Shown piece by piece: positions 23,395 to 32,000 of a DNA stretch of 32,000 bases (position 1 is its first letter; each line of letters opens with the position of its first letter). The position numbers and the translations under genes are program-made. The DNA is taken from NCBI GenBank assembly GCA_964347125.1, contig CAYFXO010000001.1, positions 5,557-37,556 of the forward strand, in the 5' to 3' direction. The notes beneath the pieces were generated by a model. That model was not told where the DNA came from. It did no database searches and saw only the letters and a program-made list of their open reading frames with translations. The DNA is from an uncultured Methanomassiliicoccales archaeon (lineage in GTDB: Archaea; Thermoplasmatota; Thermoplasmata; RBG-16-68-12; CAYFXO01).

Positions 23395-26300
23395 TTGGTG
23401 GGGAATGGAGGAGTCGATTTGAGCCCGCGCATCCACTCGCGCCTACTGAGCGTATTGGTCGTTGTCACGCTGTCCTCCTCCGCGTTCGCGTTCTTCCCCG
23501 CGGCGACGGGCGACGTCACAGACGGCGTGGACGTGGCCCCCGCGGACGATTCCCTCGGTCCCGCGGCCCCCACCACGGAGGACCCGCAGACGATCGCGGG
23601 CCTCTATAAACTCGAGGCGGGCCTCCGAAGCCACCTCGACTCCAAGGAGACCGTCCGCGTCCTCATCGCGACCTACGACGTGGGCGCCCTCGGCGTGGCC
23701 CTGGGGGCGGGGGCGGTGGACGCCGCCGACCTCGGTGCCAAGGCCCCCGGCCTCGCGGTCCCCATGGTGGACCTCCAGGGCGTCCGCCTCAAGGAGATCG
23801 CCGCCCTGGACTCCACCGTCGCCATCATGGAGTGGCGGCCCCCGGAGCGGCAGGTCGTTGAGACCGTGGACACCTTCTCGAAGAAGGGCGTGCGCCCCAG
23901 CAACCTCAACTCCACCCTGAACCACCTGGCCCCCCAGGCGTGGGCCGCGGGGTGGACGGGCGACGGGGTGCGCATCTCCGTCATGGACGACGGGGTGGAC
24001 TTCGCCCACCCGGACCTCATGGGGACCATGGCCCGGTTCAACTGGACGAACCTCCCCGCGAACATCCAGGCCGCGAAGCCCCACCTCCGGCACTACGACA
24101 ACTGGCCCATGGCCTTCGACCCCTTCTCCATGTCCAGCTTCATGATGAACAACGGCGAGGCGGAGGGGACGTGGTACGGGAACACCACCTCCACGGACCG
24201 CAACGTCACCCACACCATCCGGATCGACGGCCGGAACGACTTCTGGGACGACGGGAGCGAGCTCGTCGCCACCGACCTCCGGGGGGACATCAACGTCGGC
24301 CAGCCGTCCCACCTGGGGAACGACTTCGACCTCGTCTCCCTGTACGCCACCCAGGACGCGGACTGGTGGTATTTCGGCTTCGACACCTTCACGAACCAGT
24401 CGGACGTGGCCTTCGGCCTCTACATCGACACGGACAACGTCACGGGGTCGGGCGGGGACGTGGACCCGCGAGCGGGGAGCCTCATCACCGCCGTGCCCGA
24501 GCACCGCCCGGAGTTCGTCGTCTACATCGACCACCTGGGCGGGCAGCCCCCGGGGCAGTACGACCGGAACGACACCGTGGAGAACGGGACGGTCTACACC
24601 TGGCTGGGCTCCGCCTGGGACGCCGGGGTGAACATCACGGAGTTCCCCATCAACGGGCAGATCAGCTACAGCGCCTGGGACTTCGAGGATGAGGAGGCGT
24701 TCCTGGAGTTCTCCCTGCCCAAGGCGTTCCTAGGGGACCCCCAGCAGCTCGCGGTGGAGCTGTTCACCGCGGGGGTGAACGCGTCCCACGCCCTGGACAC
24801 CGCCTACTCCGACCCGAACGTGAACTTCCCAGCCCCCGACTGGACGCCGACGCCCACCCAGCTCTCCGCGTTCACCTACGTGGGGCGGGGCTTCTGGATC
24901 CACACCTACGTCCGCTCCGACGACACCGTCGCGGGGAAGCCGAACGTCCAGATGTCGTGGCCCCTGGAGTACCAGGTCACGGGGACCAGCAAGAGCGGCG
25001 GCTACTACTTCGGCGACCACCCGGACGACAACTACCCCCTCACCCGGATTCTCGTGGTGGACGAGGCGGTGGCGGGGGTGTACGACACCGTCTACGTGGA
25101 CCTGGACCACAACCGGGACTTCACGAACGACAAGCCCCTGAAGAAGTACGGGAAGTACTGCGCGGACAAGCAGTGGCGGCCCGCGGACGACCCCGTGGCC
25201 TGCCCGGTCTACGACGAGACCTCGTGGCTGGACTTCTTCGACCCCGCCTCGGGGGTGACGTCCATCGACTACGCCCCGAACGGGACGTGGATTGCCACCG
25301 GGTCCAACGACCACCGGATCCTCCTGTGGGACGCCGCCTCCGGCGCCCAGGTCAACGAGTTCCACGCCCACCGCGGGCGGGTGACGTCCGTGGCCTGGGA
25401 CCTTGCGGGGCTACGCCTCGCCGCGGGCTATGCCGACGCCTCCGGCCGCGGGCAGCACGCCGTGGTCGTGTGGAACTGGGACGGCACGGTGGCCGCCACG
25501 TTCACCGAGAGCGACGGCGGGCACACCGCGGGGGTCACCGCCGTGGCGTGGGACCCCGTCGGGGCGAACAACCGCCTCGTCTCCGCGTCGATGGACGGCA
25601 CCGCGAAGGTCTGGAACGTCGGAACGGGCCTCGTGGCCACCCTCACCGGACACACGGCCGCCGTCGGGACCGCGGACTGGGGCGCCAACGGCATCGCCAC
25701 CGGCTCTGACGACGGGACCGTGCGCCTCTGGGACGCCTCGTGGACCGAGGCGGACTCGGTGGCCCACGGCACGCCCCTCAACGCCATCGCGTTCAGCCCG
25801 AACGGGACGTGGCTCGCCTACGGCGACCGGGCGGGGCTCCTGAGCGTGTGGGACGTGGTCCTGGACGCCTGGAGCACCTGGTCCATCCCCGAGCACCAGA
25901 CCCTCCCGATCACCTCCGTATCCTGGTCCCCCGTGGCCTCCCAGCTCCTCACCACCTCCACGTGGGACGAGGAGACGAACAACTTCGTCCTCGCCCGGTG
26001 GACGGTCAACAACTACAACGACTTCTTCGTCACCGGCTCCAAGACGGGGCAGGCGGCCCACGAGGCCAGCGTGTTCTCCGGGACCTGGTCCACCGACGGC
26101 CTCTCCGTCGTCTCCGGCGGGGAGGAGGCCCGGGCGCGGCGGTGGACGAGCGCCACCCTCTCCCTGGAGGGAGACTACAAGGGCCACGCCCTGGGGTCCA
26201 CCGACTACACGTGGTACCTCACGGGCGACGGCGTCCCGGACGTCTCCGGCGGGATCATCTACTTCATCGCGCAGAACGAGTGGGACTTCGGCAGCGGGAC

Positions 26301-29300
26301 CCTGGAGCAGGTGCCCATCCCCTACTCGGACGTGTGGATCGCCCGCCAGCCGGCCGTGCTGGACCTGCAGAACATCATCCCCGCCAACGGGACCGTCGTC
26401 GCCTTCATGGGCGCCCTGGACCTGGACCAGGGCCACGGCACCCTCGTCGCGTCGAGCCTCGTGGGGCGCGGCCAGTCCACCTACTTCGACGAGGGGACCA
26501 TGGACGTCCCCACGGTGGGCCACGTCATCGGGTTCGCCCCTGACGCCCTCCTCGTGCCCGTGGCGAACGTCTACGCCACGAACTTCTACGACGGCTGGTA
26601 CTTCTCGGTGGAGGGCTACGACGGCACCCCGAACACGGGGGACGAGGCCCACATCATCTCGAACTCCTTCGGCTTCTCCGGGACCTACCACGACGGGTGG
26701 GACTTCAACGCCCGGTTCCTGGACTACCTGGTGAACGACCACGCGGACGGGAACGTGACGATCACGGTGTCCTCGGGGAACTCCGGGTGGGGGTACGGGA
26801 CGGTGTCCACCCCCGCGGCGTCCCCCGCGGTCATCACCGTCGGCGCGGCCACGGACTTCTTCTACCGCCACCTCTCGGGGCTGGAACGGGGCCTCAACCC
26901 GACGTTCGGGGAGGTCACCCCGGAGTCCTCCCGCGGGCCCACGGCCCAGGGGATGCCGGACCCGGACGTGGTGGCGAACGGCCGCATGGCCTTCGGGTCT
27001 GTCGCCCTGAACCAGGTGGACTACCGCCCCTACAACGGCTACGAGGCCACGAACCTCTGGGCGGGGACGTCCCTGGCCTCGCCGGGGGCTGCGGGGATGC
27101 TCGCCCTGGCCTTCCAGGCGTACAAGGAGGCCAACGGGGCGTTCCCCAACGCGAGCGTCGCCAGGAGCCTCCTCATGAGCGGGGCGGACAATCTGAAGTA
27201 CGACCCGCTGGTCCAGGGGGCGGGGCGGGTGAACGCCCTCCGCACCGCGCAGTTGGCGGCCGGGCAGGACGGCTTCCTCGTGGCGCCGAACCTGTGGAAC
27301 CCCGGGGACTACCAGGGCACCCGGTACGAGTCGTTCGCCCACCTCATGGACCCGGGGGACAGCGCCCAGGAGACCTTCACCGTCACGAACGTCGCCCCGG
27401 CGCCGGACACCCTCACCCTCACGGACGCGGTCTTCCAGAAGACCTCCGAGGTGAACTTCACCTTCCAGACCCAGACGGACCTCCCCAACGACCCCGCCCA
27501 CTGGTTCCTCATCCTCCACGGCCTCCCCCTGGCCCTGACGGGGACGGGGGTGTACGACAAGAATTACCAGAAGGTCGCGGCCATCGACGAGGGTGAGTGG
27601 CTGAACGCGGACCTCCTGCGGATCAGCTACCGGGTTCCCATCGGCGACCTGGATCCCGACGGCGACGGGAACACGAACTACTCCTACTTCCTCGAGGTCA
27701 TGGACTGGTCCGAGGACGACTGGACGATGTTCCCGCCGGAGCCGAACACGGGGGCCTTCAGCGACCTGAACCGCCGCCTCATCGTGTTCCCCGACGCGAA
27801 CGTGTGGGAGGGGCGCATCCACGACCCCGCGGGGCGGACCCACGACGGGTTGGCGATGGGCGTCCGGGCGGGCATCCAGCCGGGGAAGCCCGGGGCCGCG
27901 GGGATCAACTTCCTGGTGACCCTGGAGTTCTACCAGAAGGCGGACTGGAACTGGCTGAGCCTCAGCACGGGCTCTCTGTCCCTGGCGGGCGGGGAGACGC
28001 AGACCTTCACCTCGACGGTGGACGTCCCCGCGGGGACCCCCATCGGCGGCTACGAGGGGGCCATCTACATCCAGGGCGACCCCGCCACCGCCTCCGCCAC
28101 TCGGTCGATCCAGGTGCCCTTCTTCGCCAGCTGGGTGTCCGCGGACCACCAGGACATCTCCGCCCTCACGGTCCTCAGGAACGGCGTCCCCCAGACGGCG
28201 GGGGTGGACTACCTGGAGTACCTGGCCGCCGGGATGGTCAACTTCACCGCCCCGCTGAACCCCGGCGACGTGGTGCAGATGGACTACACCTACGCGAACA
28301 CCACGACGATTCCCGTGGTGATCAACGTCCCCTCGAACCAAGTGGAGTTCGGCTTCGGGCAGGACGCGCCGGGGCAGGACGACCTGTTCCGGAACCGCGT
28401 CGTGGGGGGCTTCGGGCAGGGCACCCAATCCGGGGACTGGCGGTTCTACTTCGTGGACGTCCCCGACCAAGGGCAGTTCTCCATCGAGAGCGGCTCGAAG
28501 TTCTTCCTGGACCTCCAGTGGGACCTGGACATGACGGACATCAACGGGTACGCGTTCGGGCCGGGGGCGGTGCCCATCGCCGCGGGCCTCACCGCGGGGG
28601 CGTTCCCCCAGAGCCGGTACGGGCCCTACCTGCTGTACACGACCAACGGCGGCTCCGAGGAGACGGCCACGTTCTTCACGACCACGGGCGGGCCGGAGGA
28701 GATCGTGGCCCCGGGCCTCGTGGGGGGCCTGAACGTCCTGGCGATCCAGAACGTCCTGATGAACGGGACCTACGCGTCGGAGGCCGTCTCCGGGCAGGTG
28801 GGGAGCATGCGCGTGAACCCGCCGGAGATCAAGGTGGTGACGAACGAGCTCTCCGGGTCCCGGGATGTCCTCCTGTACTCCAGCGTGCCGTGGCCCGGCA
28901 TCGGGAGCGTCTCCGCGGGGCCGTCCGCCCCGGAGGAGTTCCTCGACGTCCCCATCCAGCAGGACGTCATCGAGGGCGGCACCTTCATCGACCTCCTCGT
29001 GGGCGGCTCCTACACGAAGGTCGTCAACGTGGAGCCCAGCGCCCTCATCTTCGACGTCCACATCACCTCGAACCCCGGGGACCCGCCGGAGGGGACGGCG
29101 GAGCCCTGCGACGACCTGGACCTGGCCCTGTTCCTCGACGGGAAAGGGCCGGACAACGTGCCGGACGGCGCGGCCCAGGTGGAGGAGTTCGTCGTCTACG
29201 ACGCGGACGCCGACGCGGACGAGCACATCCGCCTCATCAAGCCGACGGTGCAGGACGACCCGGACACGCCCGAGGTCAACGAGGGCGTCGTCGGGGCGCC

Positions 29301-31755
29301 GTACATCATCAAGGTCCTCGGGTTCACGTGCCCCAAGGGCTTCGGGACCTTCAACATGGACCTCACCCTGGTGCAGGGGGAGGGCTTCACGGTGGCGGGG
29401 ACGACCGCCGCCCTCATCCCCGCGTGGAACGTGAGCACCGTCACCCTGCAGTGGAACCTGGACGGGAGCACCCCCGACGGGGAGCTCCTGGGGGCGCTCT
29501 ACGTGGGCCCGGAGAAGGCCCCCCTCACCCTCCTGATCCCCGTGGAGCTGGCCGTCGACCGGGTCGCGCCGGTGATCGAGGGCTTCAGCCTGAACACCGC
29601 CCCGGGCCTCCAGATCGAGAACGCGACGCAGCTGCGGACGAACGATCCCATGCCCCGGGTGGCCATCTCGTTCAGCGACGCGGAGCGCGGCGAGCTTTCG
29701 TACGACTCCGTCCGGCTGTGGCTGGACGGCCAGGACATGACCCCCCAGGCGGAGGTCGTCATCCCGTTCGGCCTGAACGCGGAGGAGAAGCTCGGGTACT
29801 GGCAGGGGGCGGTGACCTTCGGCGTGCCCGCGCCCCTCCCGGACGGCCCCCACTTCCTCACGGTCGCCGTGGGGGACGAGGGGGGGAACGTCGCGTCCCA
29901 GAGCTTCGTCGTCGTCATCGACACCCAGTCCCCGCCCCTGACCCTGGACGACCCGGACGTGAGCTTCACGAACCAGGGGACCCACGCCATCACGGGTGCG
30001 TCGCGGCCCGGAAGCACCGTGGAGATCCCCGGCGGGACCGTGGAGATGGAGGCGGACGGGACCTTCCGGGCGACGGTCACCCTGGCGGAGGGCGCGAACG
30101 TGTTCGAGGTGCGGTCCGTCCCGTGGTACTCCGTGGACGGGTCGGGGAACCCCGTGCCTGCCAACGTGGCCACGGTGGAGAAGACCATCGTCTACGACGC
30201 CCTCGCGCCGGCCTTCGACCAGGCCCTCATCCAGGGGCCGAACCCCACCCGCACGGCGACCGCCCCGGTGACGGGGCGGGTGTCGGACCTCATCGCGGCG
30301 GGGACGCCGTGGGACCCGACGACGCTGGCGGTGACGGTGGCCGGTCGCGCGGTGGCCGTGAACGCGGACGGCTCATTCGAGACCCTCGTGCCGCTGGTGG
30401 AAGGACCGAACGTCATCCCGTTGACGGCGACGGACCTCGCGGGGAACACCGCGTCGGTGAACCGGACCGTGATCCTGGACACCTTGGCGCCGAGCCTTTC
30501 GCTGGAGGCTGTGCCGGAGACGACGAATCGGAGGACCCTCACGATCGAAGGGCAGACGGAGCTGTCGGCGGTCCTCACCCTGAACGGCGGGCTCGTGGTG
30601 ACGGCGGCGGGCGCCTTCACCGTGGACGTGGAGCTCAGCCGGGGGGCGAACGTCCTGGTGGTCGCGGCGGAGGACGTGGCGGGGAACCGGGTGGAGCGCC
30701 GCCTCGTCGTGGAGTACCGCCCGGAGGCGGGGCCGGACCTCCTGCTGTGGGTGCTCGCGCCGCTGCTCCTTGTGGTCGGGCTGCTCCTGGGATTCTTCGT
30801 GGGGCCGCGGGTCCTCGGGCCGCGGGGCCCTGAGGAGGAGGAACCGGAGGAGGCGGAGCCCGAGGAACTCCCGGAGGAGGACGAGCGGATCGCGCGGCTG
30901 CGGGAGGCCTACGAGTCCGGGAGGATCACCGAGGAGGTGTACGAGGAGAACCTGGCCCGCCTCGCGGGGGAAGCCCCGGAGGAAGAAGCTCCGGCGGAAG
31001 AGGAGGAGATCCCGCCCGAAGAGGAGGAGGAGGAACCTCCGGAAGAGGACCAGCGCCCGCCCGAAGAGGAAGAGGCGATCGCGCCGGAGGAAGAGGAGAT
31101 TCCCGAAGAGGCGGTCCCGGCCGAGGAGGACCCCTTGGCCCGGCTGGAGGCCGCCTTCGCCGCCGGCAGGATTTCGCGGGAGGTCTACGAGCAGAACCGG
31201 GCACGGCTGACGGGGGCCCCTCCCGCGGAGGAGGAAGCGGCCGAGGAGGAACTCGAGGAGCCTCCCGAGGAAGTGGAGGAGCCCCTCGCAACGGAGGACC
31301 AAGTCACCCGGCTCCAAAGGGCCTTCGAGGCGGGGAGGATCTCCGAGGCGGTGTACCGCGAGAACCTCGCCCGCATCGGCGTCGAGGCCCCGGAGGAGCC
31401 CGAGGAAGAGGCCGTGGAACCCGAAGAGGAGGTCCCGGAAGAGGACGAGCGAGTGCTCCGGGTTCAGCGGGCCTACGAGGCGGGCAAGATCTCCCGGGAC
31501 GTGTACGAGAAGAACCTGGCCTTGATGGGCTTCGAGGTCCCCGAGGAGGCGGTCGACCTGGGGCCGCTGACGCGGCTTGCCGAGGCGTTCGCGGCGGGTC
31601 GGGTCTCGGGGGACCTGTTCACCCAGAACCTGGGCCGCCTGGAGCTCCCTGACGCGGAGTTGCCCAACAAAGTCGAGAGGCTCTCCGCGGCGTACGAGGC
31701 GGGGAAGATCTCCGAGACGGTGTTCCGCGAGAACGTGAAGCGGCTCCTCAAGTAG
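23395..31755 (+). CDS. Giant secreted, membrane-anchored subtilisin-like (S8) serine protease with WD40 propeller insertion and repetitive acidic cytoplasmic tail
   Basis: Likely start TTG 23419 (GGAGGAG RBS; [31 protein letters not shown]). Asp: [20 protein letters not shown]; His: [14 protein letters not shown]; Ser: [20 protein letters not shown]; WD40-like repeats between Asp and His; [24 protein letters not shown]; Glu-rich repeat tail. Confidence 0.93.
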   Translation: MVGNGGVDLSPRIHSRLLSVLVVVTLSSSAFAFFPAATGDVTDGVDVAPADDSLGPAAPTTEDPQTIAGLYKLEAGLRSHLDSKETVRVLIATYDVGALGVALGAGAVDAADLGAKAPGLAVPMVDLQGVRLKEIAALDSTVAIMEWRPPERQVVETVDTFSKKGVRPSNLNSTLNHLAPQAWAAGWTGDGVRISVMDDGVDFAHPDLMGTMARFNWTNLPANIQAAKPHLRHYDNWPMAFDPFSMSSFMMNNGEAEGTWYGNTTSTDRNVTHTIRIDGRNDFWDDGSELVATDLRGDINVGQPSHLGNDFDLVSLYATQDADWWYFGFDTFTNQSDVAFGLYIDTDNVTGSGGDVDPRAGSLITAVPEHRPEFVVYIDHLGGQPPGQYDRNDTVENGTVYTWLGSAWDAGVNITEFPINGQISYSAWDFEDEEAFLEFSLPKAFLGDPQQLAVELFTAGVNASHALDTAYSDPNVNFPAPDWTPTPTQLSAFTYVGRGFWIHTYVRSDDTVAGKPNVQMSWPLEYQVTGTSKSGGYYFGDHPDDNYPLTRILVVDEAVAGVYDTVYVDLDHNRDFTNDKPLKKYGKYCADKQWRPADDPVACPVYDETSWLDFFDPASGVTSIDYAPNGTWIATGSNDHRILLWDAASGAQVNEFHAHRGRVTSVAWDLAGLRLAAGYADASGRGQHAVVVWNWDGTVAATFTESDGGHTAGVTAVAWDPVGANNRLVSASMDGTAKVWNVGTGLVATLTGHTAAVGTADWGANGIATGSDDGTVRLWDASWTEADSVAHGTPLNAIAFSPNGTWLAYGDRAGLLSVWDVVLDAWSTWSIPEHQTLPITSVSWSPVASQLLTTSTWDEETNNFVLARWTVNNYNDFFVTGSKTGQAAHEASVFSGTWSTDGLSVVSGGEEARARRWTSATLSLEGDYKGHALGSTDYTWYLTGDGVPDVSGGIIYFIAQNEWDFGSGTLEQVPIPYSDVWIARQPAVLDLQNIIPANGTVVAFMGALDLDQGHGTLVASSLVGRGQSTYFDEGTMDVPTVGHVIGFAPDALLVPVANVYATNFYDGWYFSVEGYDGTPNTGDEAHIISNSFGFSGTYHDGWDFNARFLDYLVNDHADGNVTITVSSGNSGWGYGTVSTPAASPAVITVGAATDFFYRHLSGLERGLNPTFGEVTPESSRGPTAQGMPDPDVVANGRMAFGSVALNQVDYRPYNGYEATNLWAGTSLASPGAAGMLALAFQAYKEANGAFPNASVARSLLMSGADNLKYDPLVQGAGRVNALRTAQLAAGQDGFLVAPNLWNPGDYQGTRYESFAHLMDPGDSAQETFTVTNVAPAPDTLTLTDAVFQKTSEVNFTFQTQTDLPNDPAHWFLILHGLPLALTGTGVYDKNYQKVAAIDEGEWLNADLLRISYRVPIGDLDPDGDGNTNYSYFLEVMDWSEDDWTMFPPEPNTGAFSDLNRRLIVFPDANVWEGRIHDPAGRTHDGLAMGVRAGIQPGKPGAAGINFLVTLEFYQKADWNWLSLSTGSLSLAGGETQTFTSTVDVPAGTPIGGYEGAIYIQGDPATASATRSIQVPFFASWVSADHQDISALTVLRNGVPQTAGVDYLEYLAAGMVNFTAPLNPGDVVQMDYTYANTTTIPVVINVPSNQVEFGFGQDAPGQDDLFRNRVVGGFGQGTQSGDWRFYFVDVPDQGQFSIESGSKFFLDLQWDLDMTDINGYAFGPGAVPIAAGLTAGAFPQSRYGPYLLYTTNGGSEETATFFTTTGGPEEIVAPGLVGGLNVLAIQNVLMNGTYASEAVSGQVGSMRVNPPEIKVVTNELSGSRDVLLYSSVPWPGIGSVSAGPSAPEEFLDVPIQQDVIEGGTFIDLLVGGSYTKVVNVEPSALIFDVHITSNPGDPPEGTAEPCDDLDLALFLDGKGPDNVPDGAAQVEEFVVYDADADADEHIRLIKPTVQDDPDTPEVNEGVVGAPYIIKVLGFTCPKGFGTFNMDLTLVQGEGFTVAGTTAALIPAWNVSTVTLQWNLDGSTPDGELLGALYVGPEKAPLTLLIPVELAVDRVAPVIEGFSLNTAPGLQIENATQLRTNDPMPRVAISFSDAERGELSYDSVRLWLDGQDMTPQAEVVIPFGLNAEEKLGYWQGAVTFGVPAPLPDGPHFLTVAVGDEGGNVASQSFVVVIDTQSPPLTLDDPDVSFTNQGTHAITGASRPGSTVEIPGGTVEMEADGTFRATVTLAEGANVFEVRSVPWYSVDGSGNPVPANVATVEKTIVYDALAPAFDQALIQGPNPTRTATAPVTGRVSDLIAAGTPWDPTTLAVTVAGRAVAVNADGSFETLVPLVEGPNVIPLTATDLAGNTASVNRTVILDTLAPSLSLEAVPETTNRRTLTIEGQTELSAVLTLNGGLVVTAAGAFTVDVELSRGANVLVVAAEDVAGNRVERRLVVEYRPEAGPDLLLWVLAPLLLVVGLLLGFFVGPRVLGPRGPEEEEPEEAEPEELPEEDERIARLREAYESGRITEEVYEENLARLAGEAPEEEAPAEEEEIPPEEEEEEPPEEDQRPPEEEEAIAPEEEEIPEEAVPAEEDPLARLEAAFAAGRISREVYEQNRARLTGAPPAEEEAAEEELEEPPEEVEEPLATEDQVTRLQRAFEAGRISEAVYRENLARIGVEAPEEPEEEAVEPEEEVPEEDERVLRVQRAYEAGKISRDVYEKNLALMGFEVPEEAVDLGPLTRLAEAFAAGRVSGDLFTQNLGRLELPDAELPNKVERLSAAYEAGKISETVFRENVKRLLK
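25261..26166 (+). other. WD40 beta-propeller region inserted in the S8 catalytic domain
   Basis: [99 protein letters not shown] and further degenerate blades. Confidence 0.85.
30880..31755 (+). repeat. Six-copy helical-hairpin (SHOCT-like) repeat array with Glu-rich linkers, C-terminal tail of the S8 protein
   Basis: [29 protein letters not shown] / [28 protein letters not shown] / [28 protein letters not shown] / [29 protein letters not shown] / [28 protein letters not shown] / [28 protein letters not shown]. Confidence 0.9.
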
Positions 31756-31819
31756 CCTCGCTCGCCAGGGCATCGAAGCCCCTCGGCCCTGGCCGACCCT
31801 CCAGGGCGGCACCGAAGCG

Positions 31820-31828
31820 TTATATAAC
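31820..31828 (+). promoter_or_regulatory. Candidate TATA box (TTATATAAC) for cysS
   Basis: GCGTTATATAACGG about 40 nt upstream of ATG 31868. Confidence 0.65.
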
Positions 31829-31867
31829 GGCCCCCGCGTAGTTCGCCCACCCTCCCGGAGACCCTCC

Positions 31868-32000
31868 ATGGCGCTGCGCCTGTACAACACGAAATCACGG
31901 GAGCTCGAGGCTTTCGAACCGCTGGACCCGCCGGAGGTGCGGATGTATGTTTGCGGGCCCACGGTCTACGACTACGCCCACGTGGGCCACGCCCGGTCCT
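31868..32000 (+). CDS. cysS: Cysteinyl-tRNA synthetase, N-terminal part (runs off window end)
   Basis: [44 protein letters not shown]: CysRS zinc-Cys and HIGH-type signature. Confidence 0.92.
   Translation, partial: MALRLYNTKSRELEAFEPLDPPEVRMYVCGPTVYDYAHVGHARS

Noticed and set aside
25411-29985. 1524-aa minus-strand ORF antisense to the S8 protease gene
   Set aside because: Product is low-complexity His/Gly/Arg/Val/Glu-rich with no motif. It mirrors GC-rich codon bias of the real plus-strand gene.
27597-30833. 1078-aa plus-strand ORF in an alternative frame of the S8 gene
   Set aside because: Composition RRPGAGGP-rich; overlaps the in-frame gene with clear domains.
1-32000. CRISPR arrays, transposases, prophage genes
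   Set aside because: No regularly spaced direct repeats, cas-like, transposase or phage structural proteins seen by reading.

Overview
High-GC archaeal chromosomal window. Evidence for Archaea: TATA-box promoters, aRF1, archaeal-type UMP kinase, ThiD-ThiN fusion, tRNA-Ala. Lineage is not certain; a euryarchaeal or Thermoplasmatota-like organism is my inference. The main discovery is a compact four-gene minus-strand operon (about 17667-20134) that reads as a UFM1-type ubiquitin-like conjugation system. In transcription order it encodes: an 81-aa UFM1-like modifier ending natively in Val-Gly; a UFC1-like E2 with an 'ICDMH' candidate catalytic Cys; a UBA5-like E1 with 'GVGGLG', paired CxxC motifs and 'GLCHFTSLPTTM'; and a JAB/MPN (JAMM) peptidase with an unusually long HxH-to-SxxD spacing. 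No UFL1-like E3 is visible. The rest of the window holds: a membrane-tethered FKBP isomerase; a glycan/lipid-type operon (thiDN, GT4, DedA-like, FAD oxidoreductase, GT2) whose GT4 gene is interrupted by a 73-bp segment with inverted-repeat ends; an RNA 2',3'-cyclic phosphodiesterase-like protein; pyrH; prf1; argS; a 1318-aa secreted multi-domain surface protein; double-zinc-ribbon and LURP-one-like proteins; a GNAT protein; a C45/AAT-like hydrolase; tRNA-Ala(CGC); a 2786-aa subtilisin-family surface protein with a WD40 propeller inserted between catalytic Asp and His plus a six-copy helical-hairpin tail; and the start of cysS.
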